Assembly: GCA_040285855.1 (NCBI GenBank)
Contig: JAUFOQ010000004.1
Span: forward strand, 2,356,001-2,420,000
DNA: 64,000 bases
Origin: Eukaryota sp. GEM-RC1
Taxonomy: Eukaryota
Direction: 5' to 3'
Both the position numbers and the translations under genes were made by a program. Below, piece after piece: positions 51,755-62,819 of this stretch (the stretch's first letter is position 1; each line of letters starts with the position of its first letter). A model generated the notes under the pieces. The model was not told the DNA's origin, searched no databases, and worked only from the letters and a program-made list of their open reading frames with translations.

Positions 51755-51895
51755 GACAATCGAATTGTGTTGTTTACTAATGCTTTATTATCTCTTCGCA
51801 GACATTATGAGGATAATGTAGGTGAGAGTTTCCAGATAATCTGGACTTTGAGGATATTGATTAGGAGATGTACGTAGTGTTGTTGTCAATAAAAA
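51755..51895 (+). mobile_element. Family D CRE-like 3' end remnant (paralog of ~1300-1490)
   Basis: NRIV..NALLSLRRHYEDNVGESFQ..LDFEDID* parallels the family A C-terminus (NRIVF..KALLALSVFYEE..); nucleotide similarity to 1374-1480. Confidence 0.6.
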
Positions 51896-51973
51896 TTCGA
51901 TACATTGTAGTGCAAAACTAGTACAAAAAAAATTAATGAAAATGAACGTGAATTGATGTACAGTATACTGAAT

Positions 51974-53045
51974 TAGTGTTCGAAATTTCCCACGTGTTTT
52001 TTAAAAGACACCGTGTCGGTGTTAACACGCGTGTCCACACGGTGTCTTTGATGCAGGCTTGTCACTTGATAAAAAACGTTTAAAACGTATTTTGAAAAAA
52101 AAGACGTTTTTTATGCTTGTCAACGTTTTTTATACTCTGGATTGACACAAAAAGCACGACTTTCTACTCCACTTTTGTCTTACTATGTCAGGTGGTGTTT
52201 TAAGTATGTTGTTTCTGAGCAAGCAAGACTGAAACAAGGGAAGATCATTTGTTGGTGACACTATTGGCGGTACAGCACATGATCTTTGGTTCTGTATCTG
52301 AGTGAAACGACCTTCAGGTACACTCGAACAGTGTTTTTGTTGCATACACCTTGTTATCTTCCCGTCCTGACCACGTGATCATCGTTAAATGATCACTATA
52401 CTTCATCTCCATGGTGTTATCCTTCCAATGTCAAAAGAAAATAGATGTAATGATATAACTATAAAAGATTTGATTGATGAAAATGAAGTGAGAAAAAAAG
52501 TGAAAAGTTGAAAAAGTTGACATGCCCTTTTTGAACGTTTTTTATTAAATTCGGAAAAAACGTAAAAAACGATAAACAACGTCGTTTTTTATATTTGGCC
52601 AACGTTTTTTACAAGCCTGCTTTGATGTGTCTTTTGGGTGTTTTTGGGTGTTTTTTCGAGAAAAAATTTCTGGTCCTTGGAGCAGAGTTTGACTATCAAA
52701 ACATTCTTTTGGGCCAATTCTTGCCTTTATCTGACATCCCGTCACTGAATCTTGGATTCTGTGGTTCTGTTGAGTTGAATTGGTGTTCTAGGTTTGTTTG
52801 ACAGCGCACCCTGTCATTTTTTGCCACTTTTGTTGGCATCGTAGTCTATTGTGGTATAACATATAGAAAAACATTCAAGTCGAACAATATCGAGGGAAAT
52901 AAAAGGGTACTTTCAAAGTTTTCTAGGCTTTTTGGAGAAACACGTACTCATGCGGTGTCTTTTTGCGTGTTTTTGAAAAGACACCGTGTCCGTGTCCAAA
53001 CGTGTCTGCGTGTCCAAACGTGTTCACGCGTGTCTTCGAACACTG
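51974..53045. mobile_element. hAT-like non-autonomous DNA transposon
   Basis: TIRs TAGTGTTCGAA / TTCGAACACTG; perfect 8-bp TSD TACTGAAT (51966-51973, 53046-53053); subterminal CGTGTC/GACAC repeats. Confidence 0.88.
52054..52619. mobile_element. Second hAT-like element nested in the first
   Basis: TIRs CAGGCTTGT / ACAAGCCTG; perfect 8-bp TSD CTTTGATG (52046-52053, 52620-52627); subterminal AAACGTTT-type repeats. Confidence 0.88.
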
Positions 53046-53151
53046 TACTGAATAGTAATTTACATATAAGTTAATATATTTACTTTTTAAGTTCATAGTT
53101 CAGTTTTAAACAAAATTGTTTACAAAATGAATATGAGATAAATAGTAATAT

Positions 53152-54637
53152 GTATGGTGAGCAATCTATCCAGTTTGTGGACTACAACACTGAAGCTGTC
53201 CGTTTTTTGGGTTCCTATTTTGGCAATCCTTTGCAGATTGAGAGTGTGCTCAAGAATTATCTTCAGAAAATCAAAGTTCAATTGCAGACTATACAAGATC
53301 TCAAGATCGATAACCACTTGGCTTTTTCTGTACTTTCAGTCTGTTTTGGATCGAAAATCAATCATCTTCTTAGATCTTTACCACCTGAGCTTTCTCTTGG
53401 TTTTGCTCGTGAGTTCAACTCTTTGAGAACTCAATTTTTAGGGAATTTGGTTGAAATCAATAGTTCCAAAATTCCTTATCATGCCTTTTTCAGTTCAAAA
53501 TTTGGTGGTGTTGGTTTTCAAGAGCTGAGTATTTATGTAAAAGTGCTTTCGTTGGTGGTATGAAGAACTTTCTTTTTGAGACTAAGCTTCGGTTCAAAAA
53601 TATTTTCGATTCAGTTGTAGACGGATCTTACGCTTTATTGAACTCTTTGGAGGACTTAGTTCAAGGTTTGCCTATTGAAGTTTGGAACAAAAGTTTCCCG
53701 AAAAGTGTTTCATCTATTCCTGATCGGTCAATTGAATTTCTACCTCTTGCTGTAGTTAAATTACAGAATGCTACATTACTTGGGTTGGAAGACTTGGATT
53801 TTAGTAAAAGACTTAGTGTGACTAAGATTGATAATCCCGTCTTTGCAGCTTTTTTATGTGACATTCAACAATGTTCTAGCTTCATCACTCAACAACCTAG
53901 ACCTTTTGGTTTACATTTGAACAATGATGCTTGGAAGCAAAATATGCAGTGGTTTGTTAAATAATTCAATCTGTTTTGCGATAACCGATCTACAGCCACA
54001 TTTCGTTATGTTGTTAGTTGCAAGAAATTTTTGCAATTTCGATCTGTTCTACATAACGCTGTATGTGACGTTACTTATGAAATGTTCAAATCCTACATTT
54101 ATAGTTATAAAATTGAACCTCTTCTGAAACATTAGTGACAATAACGTGTTTGATTCTCGGCGTGGTGACTTAATTGCTCCTTTCCTGGATTCGTCTCAAA
54201 TTGTGGTTGATTTTACTACAGTTGACCCGTTTGCAAAAGTCTACCAAGACTCCATATTGAATGATTCGAATGGTCATCTGGAAAAGGCTGAACAGCGAAA
54301 GTGTTCAAATTTTGCGGATGCTTTGCAGAAGCTTAATGAAAATCAATATTCTGAGTTTTCATTTGTTCCATTTGCGATTTCAATTTTTGGTAATATTGGT
54401 CCAACCGGTTTTAAGTTTTTCAGTGATTTTAGTCCTTTATGTCGTTCTAATGGCAAGGTGTTAAAAGTGATGTATGGATTAATCGAATTATGTTCGCTCT
54501 TTATAGAAACATTCCCAAGTATTTATGTTCCATTAATTCGAAGTTGTATAGGGGCAATTCTCGTGTTGATGTGGAGAATTTAACTTCTTTCATTTTCTGA
54601 ATTTGTATGTATTAATTTATTGTTGCAAATAAACTCT
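53152..54637 (+). mobile_element. Family C CRE-like retrotransposon, 5'-truncated and decayed
   Basis: RFLGSYFG..KINHLLRSL..FGGVGF; HNAVCD; RRGDLIAP..DFTTVDP; FVPFAISIFGNIG; ends AATAAACTCT. Confidence 0.88.
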
Positions 54638-54849
54638 TAATTAGTGAGATAAATAACCTAGCTAGATTTAAAAATTTAAAAACAGTAAATGTATTCTTAA
54701 GTAATCAAAAGACATTTACTAACAAAAATCATGGCGGGAAATAATGCTGTTGTTTTGACTGAGATTAGTGCCAATAAACCGACTCAACTCAACTTTTTTT
54801 CATTCTTTTAGTGAACACATTAACAAATTAATCATCAAAGATGACGTCA

Positions 54850-56051
54850 TCAGTCGTCGGATGACTCTGATGCATCTAAAACATCTTGAGCAAGACTTAG
54901 ATACTCAGAAATATCAAGATCTAGTGAGTAACTCGACTTTTGATGAGCACTAGAAACCATTTTCGCCAATATTTTAAATTTTTGATCATTGACCTGATTG
55001 ACATAGGAAATGAAACCATCTAAATACAAGGAAACTAACGGAACAGTAGAATCCTGGTTAAGTAATATCTGCCGAATCCTTAATAGCAATTTTAAAACGA
55101 AATTCTGGTTGTCCAAATATTTTAAAAACAATTCTAGAATATCATTGATAAATTTGAAATTTCGAATCATACCATAGCATGAACTTCGACGTAGAATTGA
55201 TCGAAGTAATTGATTGCAATCAGAAAATTCACAAAAGAATGATAAAACTCCTGAAATATTCGAAATATTCCACCAAGATTCCGATGAGATATCACCATCA
55301 TTTATAAAACAATCAAAAAATCCAGCAAACGACACGTCAGCAAGAGTCAGCAACACGTGTTTTTCAACAACACCTGAAATTTCCAAAATGTCAATTTTTG
55401 AAATTCTGTTTAGCTCCTCAATTTCCTCTTCGTTAAGATCTTCTTCACTAAACAGTTCCCAATCCAAGTATTGTTTTTGAGGAATAATATCTAAAAGAAA
55501 ACCGAAACTGTCGAGGTCAATATTATCTGAAAGAAAATGATCAGAATCAAATTCTTCTTCTTCATGCACTTCTTTTGCTTTAAGGCGATCAGAAGGGGGT
55601 ACTAACCCCGGGTTATCTAGTTTGCATACGTCAGCTGCTGACGTGACAGTGAATTGATTGGAAAACATAGAGGCAAAACCATATGAATGTTCGTCAGATG
55701 AAGATAGCGAAGGAGTGTGTTGTTCCCAGAACCATTCATTGGAAAAATCATCAGTTACTGGAGGCAGTAGAAGCTGTGCATGGTCATCAAAATGTTCAAA
55801 ATGGTCATTAGGGTGAGCTTTAGGAAGAGTAATAACTACAGATTGGGACGTAGAATCATAACAGGACCGTTCCCGTCCATCACGAAGCAGTGGATGAGAG
55901 AAGTAAAGACGGAGAAAAAAGGATCAGCAGACAATCTGAATTCTTTATCAGTGACGTCGAATTCAATATTGTGGGCTCTGGCTGAAGGTAGTTGTACCTG
56001 AATAGTGACAACAGTGTCAGTTTGTGATAGGTTGAATGTTGGTGTATACAT
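54850..56051 (-). CDS. SHQ1: SHQ1, H/ACA snoRNP assembly factor (one homopolymer frameshift near 55915-55920)
   Basis: N-terminal CS domain MYTPTFNLSQTD..DPFFLRLYF..TLPK..HFE (after adding one T), then WFWEQ, SYGFA, RLKAKEVHEEEEFDSDHFLSD, ESWWNISNISGVLSFF and RRSSCYGMIRNF, all typical of SHQ1. Confidence 0.88.
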
Positions 56052-56127
56052 TTTCTGATAAATCTCAATTCTGTTTCTTCTCTTCAAAACGATCACTGTA
56101 CTAAGATTACACATCTCTTTCTCATAA

Positions 56128-56571
56128 ATGATCTTGTGGTTTACATACTTTGTTACTTTTCTAACGTTGACCATTCTTCTTTGGCCAAGAAAGGAGAAAA
56201 CTCAAGAAGTTATCGATTACGCCTTTGCAACTGATCTCAACGTTAAGAATGACAGTAGAACAATCTCAGGGAAATACGTAACCTTCAGTGGAAGTCGGCA
56301 ACTTACACCATTTCCTATTTCTTTTACTACTCATGTCACTTCAACTAATCCTGTTGATGACGAAAAACCGGTTTATCCTGGTATATCTCAACAAAACCAT
56401 TCATTCCTATTGCTACTTACTCAAATAGAAGTACTTCAAAGAGTGAATCACCAGCTATATCAATTAAGAGTCCACTTTTGCTGTTGTCACCTAACTACGA
56501 AAATAGCTGTTATGATTATTAGGGGATTGATTGATGACGTCATTTTGAGGACATTGTTAGAACGTTGTTGA
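56128..56571 (+). CDS. Hypothetical protein with N-terminal signal/TM anchor, divergent from SHQ1
   Basis: 147 aa ORF starting 76 bp from the SHQ1 start; MILWFTYFVTFLTLTILLWPRK. No recognisable domain; 3' end uncertain. Confidence 0.4.
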   Translation: MILWFTYFVTFLTLTILLWPRKEKTQEVIDYAFATDLNVKNDSRTISGKYVTFSGSRQLTPFPISFTTHVTSTNPVDDEKPVYPGISQQNHSFLLLLTQIEVLQRVNHQLYQLRVHFCCCHLTTKIAVMIIRGLIDDVILRTLLERC

Positions 56572-56676
56572 TTGGAAGTTTTCGGATGATTCGTTTTTGA
56601 AAACAGTGTGAATTTCAACTTTGCTTCCGAGTTTTCAAATTTATGGACATGATTGTATTATTCTAGAATGAAGAGT

Positions 56677-56718
56677 TCATCGTGATGACGTCATCGTGAT
56701 GACGTCATCGTGATGACG
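56677..56718. repeat. Perfect 14-bp tandem repeat x3 (TCATCGTGATGACG)
   Basis: Read directly; the unit junctions form the palindrome GATGACGTCATC. Confidence 0.95.
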
Positions 56719-57143
56719 GAGATTAGAACTATGTAATTTATCTTCAACTGAACAATGTCATTATTTTTTCAATTTTCTACTAAATTTCCCAAACAAGTTG
56801 CAATTTATTAACCTGAAGTTGTTCAAACATTTGGTATTTTCTGAATATTTTCGATGTGGTATTCTCTTGTAGATGGGTGTCCAATAGAATACCCTAACAC
56901 TATGTCAATGGGAATGATTTAATTAGGCTCAATTTATTGTTGCAAATAAACTCTTATATATGTTATTAGATTGGTTTTTTAACTTATAAGTGAGAATTTT
57001 TCAAGAAAGTTTTTGAAAAAGATCAATCAGAACATGACCATAATTTAACTTCAAATTTAAAATTTAAAAGAAGAGACTGATAATTAATATAATTTATTCA
57101 AAGATTAAAAAGAATCAGAATAAAACAAAACTAAATACTGTAC

Positions 57144-57350
57144 TTATTTAAACCAAGGAATGGCTTTCCTGTCCTTAGGGAAGTACCAGTCGTAAGACAG
57201 GAAAACTTCCTCGTCCTTCAATGGTCTAAGGGCATACAGACCAACCAGCTTTTCCCCGTTGACATCATTGAAGTCCTTTAAGTACGCATTGTGTTCGGGG
57301 TGGTAGTTGGCGAACTTGCCCAAGCATATAGCATTAGTTCCGTCAAGTTC
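57144..57350 (-). pseudogene. C-terminal fragment of a SET-domain (SETD9-like) gene cut by a family A element
   Basis: DGTN..LGKFANYHP..N..LYALRPLKDEEVFLSY..PWF* resembles SET motifs (G.FANH..N; A.R.+..EE+F+.Y). Visibly more GC-rich than the flanks; the upstream part is replaced by retroelement DNA at 57349. Confidence 0.6.
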
Positions 57351-58244
57351 GGCCAAAGAAAAAAATCCAGCTTTCGCAATTTTTTTTAATCGATTTGAAG
57401 GACAGTTCTTCAGTTGCTTTGATTAACCAAATTCCTCAGATTTATGGTTTGTTATTGAATGATCATCAATGGACTACAACATTCAGACTTCGATGTTTCT
57501 TGTGGCCCTCTAATTTACCCAATGATCTTCAATGCAAATGTGGTAAATTAGTTACTTTTTCTCACCTTTTGTTGTAATCGTTTCATTACTTATAGAACTT
57601 GTATTCATGATGCTGTTAGAGATCAAATTCATGCCATGTGTAAGTCCTACAAAATCGAATCTTTCGTTGAGCCACTGTTGAGGTCACTGGAAATCAATAA
57701 TTCAAAAAACAGTGATTCTGATAAGACTTTTGGTAAAAGAAGAGCTGATGTGATAGTTCCATCAGTCAACGATGAACTAACCGTTGTTGATGTGATTACT
57801 GTGGATGTTTGCAAAAAAAGTGCCTTCAAGGATGCTAAAAATGAAGTTTCTCCACTGAATTCTTCAGAACAATACAAGAGAAACAAATATGATGAACCAT
57901 TGACTGCTCTCAAACATATTAGACATGTTGAGTACAAATTATGTCCTTTTGCAATTTCAATTTATGGTCGACTTGGTAGAGATGCTCTTTGTTTTCTCTC
58001 CGATTTTGAGAAAGTGGTTAAAAAAAGAATGAACGAGAAATTTGATTTCAAATTTTGGTTGAATCGTATTGTTTTTACAATATTTAAAACAATTCCCATC
58101 ATGATTTCAAAAGCTCTATTAGCTCTCAGTGTTTTTTATGAAGAAAAAGCTGATGTGAGTTTTAATGGCGATGATTGTTGCTTTAATGTTATTGAGTTCT
58201 AGTACTTGTGTTTATTTTAGTGTTTTTGTTCCATAAATATCTCT
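57349..58244 (+). mobile_element. Family A element, 5'-truncated; first member of the second tandem array
   Basis: Nearly identical to 61926-62819; knuckle + endonuclease; ends CCATAAATATCTCT. Confidence 0.92.
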
Positions 58245-59620
58245 AAAAAAATTGAGTTCTCAAAAAGTTGAACTCACGAGCAGAGCAGATGATTGATTTT
58301 CGATCCAAAACAGACCGAAAGTACTGAAAATGCCAAGTGGTTATCCTTTTGACATCTTGTATCTCCTGCAATTGAACTGTGATTTTGTTTAGATAATTCT
58401 TGAGCACACTCTCAATCTGCAAAGAATTGCCAATATAGGAACCCAAAAACGGACTGCTTCAATGTTGTAATCCACAAACCGGATTGATTGCTCACCATAC
58501 TTAAGTTCCTCAAACCGCTTACCAATAAGAAAACATTTAGATAGTTTGATTTCGATTTCAAAATCAATTGATTGAGATAAACTTACAAAGTGTTTTAAAC
58601 CATCCTTAAGAGAAGTTAAGGGCCCATTAAGAGAAGAATCATCAGCGTAAGCACACATATGAGTATCAGGAAATCTATCATTAAACTTAACTAAAATGGA
58701 TTGAAGAGCCAAACAAAAGAAAAAGGGTCCTAGAGGATCCCCTTGTTTAACTCCTATTATTAAGAAAATCACTTTAGAATGAAAACAAATGATCAGACAC
58801 AAATCCGTACATCAATGTAAAATATGGTAAAAGGGGTAAAGATCTAAAAACTTTAAAAATAGTATATCGTGGGGATACCAATACAAGTAACCGTAAAACT
58901 ATACAAGCATACCCTTTACTATGCTTGTATTGGAACTTTGCTTGTATTAGGGTCCTTTAAATCTTTTGTTTTGTATAATTAAATATTAATCATGACAAGA
59001 TCACTAAAATTGGAATCGATACTCACTAAGTTCAATCAGTTATCTTTAAAATACTCTAATTAACCCAATACTAGCGCTTCCCTAATACTAGCCACAAGGG
59101 TTAGGCTAGTAAAATACCTAGGTTCAACAAATGATTCAATTTTGTGAGACTTACACATAACATGTATTTGGTCTCTTACAACATTGTATACTTGTGTTTA
59201 CCAAAAAAAAGTTTATGAACATATATGAAAATCAAGGAAGTTTTATTATTACCACATCTCCTTGATAGAACAGAACAATCTTCCAATTAATTAATCCATC
59301 AAACAATCGCGTGACCTTTCGGAAATTATTTGAAAGGTATCAATTACACAAAAAGATCTAGAAATACCAATTTCAAAAGACTCAGCTTAAAGAGTGCTTC
59401 GCATATCCTCTCAACCATCATCACCTTCATCTCATTGTCCAATCTCATTCAACAACTGTTACTGTAGATCACATACAGAAAATGTATTTCAACTTTCAGG
59501 ACAAATAGTTGCCGTTTGTGTCTTGATAAATGGTCTTTAAACCAAATGACGTTCAGGCCTTTTCCACGGTTATACTACGGTAAAAGTTTACGGTTTTGTA
59601 TCGATTTACATTGTTCGTAA

Positions 59621-62600
59621 ATGTTGCTAAAGAACACTCTTGATCAACAGGTTTTAGCTTCTTCTTTTCTGATGTCTTCTCTGAGTCTAACGCTGCTTCT
59701 ACTTCCATCAAATCTTCTCCTGAAGTTCCGATCCCTGCTTCTCAGCAAATTCGAAAAGAGCTCTACCTAACTGTTCTTCTTGTGGTCAATTAGGTCACCG
59801 AAAAAATCAGAAAGTTTGTCCAAATTTTGATTTGCCTAAAATTCCTGATTCCCTATCGGCTGCCATTGCAGAAGTCTCAAATGTTGTTGACAATCTGGCT
59901 GTCACTTCTGAGGTTACGGCAGAAGACAACGTCCAGCCTCTTTCTGACAATTCTTTTACAAAATTTGGTCAGTCCAATGAATGTAATTTTTGCAAAACTG
60001 TTTCGGCGTCTTGCCTAATTAAAAACAATTATTTGATTTGTGGAGATTGTCTCTCTGTTGATACTCTTCGACCTCCTGTGAAAATTCCAAATCAACTCAG
60101 CCCCAAAGGTTCCATTCCTTTTCTATTGCTTTTCGGTCTTTTACTCTAGTGCTTTCACTAGGTTCTTGGGATGTTCTTCACATCTGGAAGTTTTTTCTTG
60201 AGAAACAATCTCAATCCTGCACTCGCCCTAAGAAAGTGTTTGCTCCAAAGAAATTACCAAAGGAAAAAGTTGTACGTCAACAACTTCTTCGAGGTAGGTA
60301 TGGTTCAGCTAAGAATGCCTTGTTTTCATCAGATCTTGCTCCTGTTTCTGAGGACACTGTTTCTCAACTTCAGGCTCTTCATCCATTGGAAAATTTTTGT
60401 CCTGTCAAGCCGATGCCTTCTTTGTATTGGAAAGAAAACCCCATTAGAGTGGATGAGTTGATGAGTTGTATTTTAAAACTCCCTTCAGGAAAAGCTCCTG
60501 GACCTTCAGGTATTACTTTTGATATGCTCAAATCTGTTTCACGTCAAAATTCACTTATTGTTGAAGATTTATGTCTCTTTTCAACAATGTTTTGTTATCG
60601 AAGGTTGTTCCTCCTAAAGAGTTGTCTGCTTCTCGTTTGGTTGCACTGATTAAGCCTAACAAGAAAATCCGTCCTATTGCTGTCGGTGAAGCTATTTACC
60701 GTTTGTTTGCTTCTGTTGTCTTTGGAAGAATTTCGAACAAAGCCAAGGATTTCTTTTCACCTTATCAATATGGTATTAAAACCATTGATGGAGCTTCTGT
60801 AGCTGCCCTTTCTTCTGATGTTTTCTTCAATGCGGTTGAAAATAATTGCATTTTCAATTTGGATTTTAAGAATGCTTTTAATTCTGTTAAACGATCTGCC
60901 ATTTGTTCTGAATTGGAAAAGAGTTTTCCAGAATTAAATACCTTTTTCATTGTTTTTATGGTCACTCTTCTGACTTAATTTTTAATTCATTTGTTCTTAA
61001 TTCTGTTTCTGGTGTTAAACAAGGAGATCCTCTTGGTCCCTTCTTTTTTTGTTTGGCTATTCATCCAATCCTGAAAAAACTCAAAGAAGAACATGCAGAC
61101 TTAGAAATCGTAGCTTATATGGATGACATTTCTTTTATTGCTCCTATGTCAACTCTTCGTATTATTGCGAATCAGGCTGCTGATTTGTACGATGCAATTG
61201 GACTTCAATTAAATGTGCAAAAATGTTTTTTGATTGCCAAGGTACCTGTAACTTTAATTGTTAATTCTTTAGAGGTTCCCTTTGTGAACTATTTATCTTC
61301 AAGCTTTAGATTTCTAGGTTGTTATCTTGGTTCACATGACAACATTGTTAAAGATCTGAATGTATATTTGGATTCGATGCGAAAAGAATTAGATCAAATT
61401 AAGGAATTGCAACTGGAAAAACATCTCAAATTCTTTATGCTAAAAATTTGTTATTCAGGAAAAGTTACTCATCTGCTTCGCTCTCTCCCCCCTGTACTTA
61501 CCTATAACTTCTGTAGAAGCTTTAACAAAATTCGTACTGACTTTCTTGCATTTTTGTTATCAGTGGATCCTGCTGCTTTGAACAATCACATCTTCTCAGA
61601 TCCTCATCTTGGTGGTATTGGTTTCACTTCGTCTAAATGGTGGACCAAATCTGCTTTCATTGGTGGTGGTAAGAATTTTGTCTTTGAGTTCTGTAGACGG
61701 TACCCAGGTCAAGAAAATCTTCTTGTTTCGACAACTAGTTTTTTCTTGGTAAATTTGAGATCAGAATTGTCGCTAATTTCACCTGACCTCTGGCAAACTT
61801 GTTTTCCAGCAGATATTTGTGAAATACCAGAACGATGTGTCACCTCGTTAAAATTTGCTCTTAAGAAACTCCAAAAACACCTTTTAAAACATTTTGAATG
61901 TCTGGATTTTAAAATTCGACTTGGCTCGGCCAAAGAAAAAAATCCAGCTTTCGCAATTTTTTTAATCGATTTGAAGGACAGTTCTTCAGTTGCTTTGATT
62001 AACCAAATTCCTCAGATTTATGGTTTGTTATTGAATGATCATCAATGGACTACAACATTCAGACTTCGATGTTTCTTGTGGCCCTCTAATTTACCCAATG
62101 ATCTTCAATGCAAATGTGGTAAATTAGTTACTTTTTCTCACCTTTTGTTGTAATCGTTTCATTACTTATAGAACTTGTATTCATGATGCTGTTAGAGATC
62201 AAATTCATGCCATGTGTAAGTCCTACAAAATCGAATCTTTCGTTGAGCCACTGTTGAGGTCACTGGAAATCAATAATTCAAAAACAGTGATTCTGATAAG
62301 ACTTTTGGTAAAAGAAGAGCTGATGTGATAGTTCCATCAGTCAACGATGAACTAACCGTTGTTGATGTGATTACTGTGGATGTTTGCAAAAAAAGTGCCT
62401 TCAAGGATGCTAAAAATGAAGTTTCTCCACTGAATTCTTCAGAACAATACAAGAGAAACAAATATGATGAACCATTGACTGCTCTCAAACATATTAGGCA
62501 TGTTGAGTACAAATTATGTCCTTTTGCAATTTCAATTTATGGTCGACTTGGTAGAGATGCTCTTTGTTTTCTCTCCGATTTTGAGAAAGTGGTTAAAAAA

Positions 62601-62819
62601 AGAATGAACGAGAAATTTGATTTCAAATTTTGGTTGAATCGTATTGTTTTTACAATATTTAAAACAATTCCCATCATGATTTCAAAAGCTCTATTAGCTC
62701 TCAGTGTTTTTTATGAAGAAAAAGCTGATGTGAGTTTTAATGGCGATGATTGTTGCTTTAATGTTATTGAGTTCTAGTACTTGTGTTTATTTTAGTGTTT
62801 TTGTTCCATAAATATCTCT
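59621..62819 (+). mobile_element. Family A CRE-like RLE retrotransposon, apparently full ORF (~59621-62777)
   Basis: Reverse complement of 26458-29651 with a few substitutions and homopolymer indels; same RT (YMDD), knuckle and endonuclease motifs. Confidence 0.92.

Noticed and set aside
56677..56718. CRISPR-like or other prokaryotic repeat system
   Set aside because: Contiguous 14-bp tandem repeat with no spacers, in a eukaryotic context with no cas genes.
59480..59620. Possible self-cleaving ribozyme upstream of the family A ORF (repeated ACGGT, TTCCACG)
   Set aside because: I could not fold a convincing HDV-like or hammerhead structure by eye; an Infernal/RNArobo search is needed.
62130..62165. 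Frameshift shared by all three family A copies just before the endonuclease (HLLL*), suggesting programmed frameshifting
   Set aside because: It lies in a T run. Similar small indels hit conserved single-copy genes (SHQ1, MORN, TUG) and differ between near-identical duplicates, so systematic long-read error is the simpler explanation. Short-read polishing would decide.
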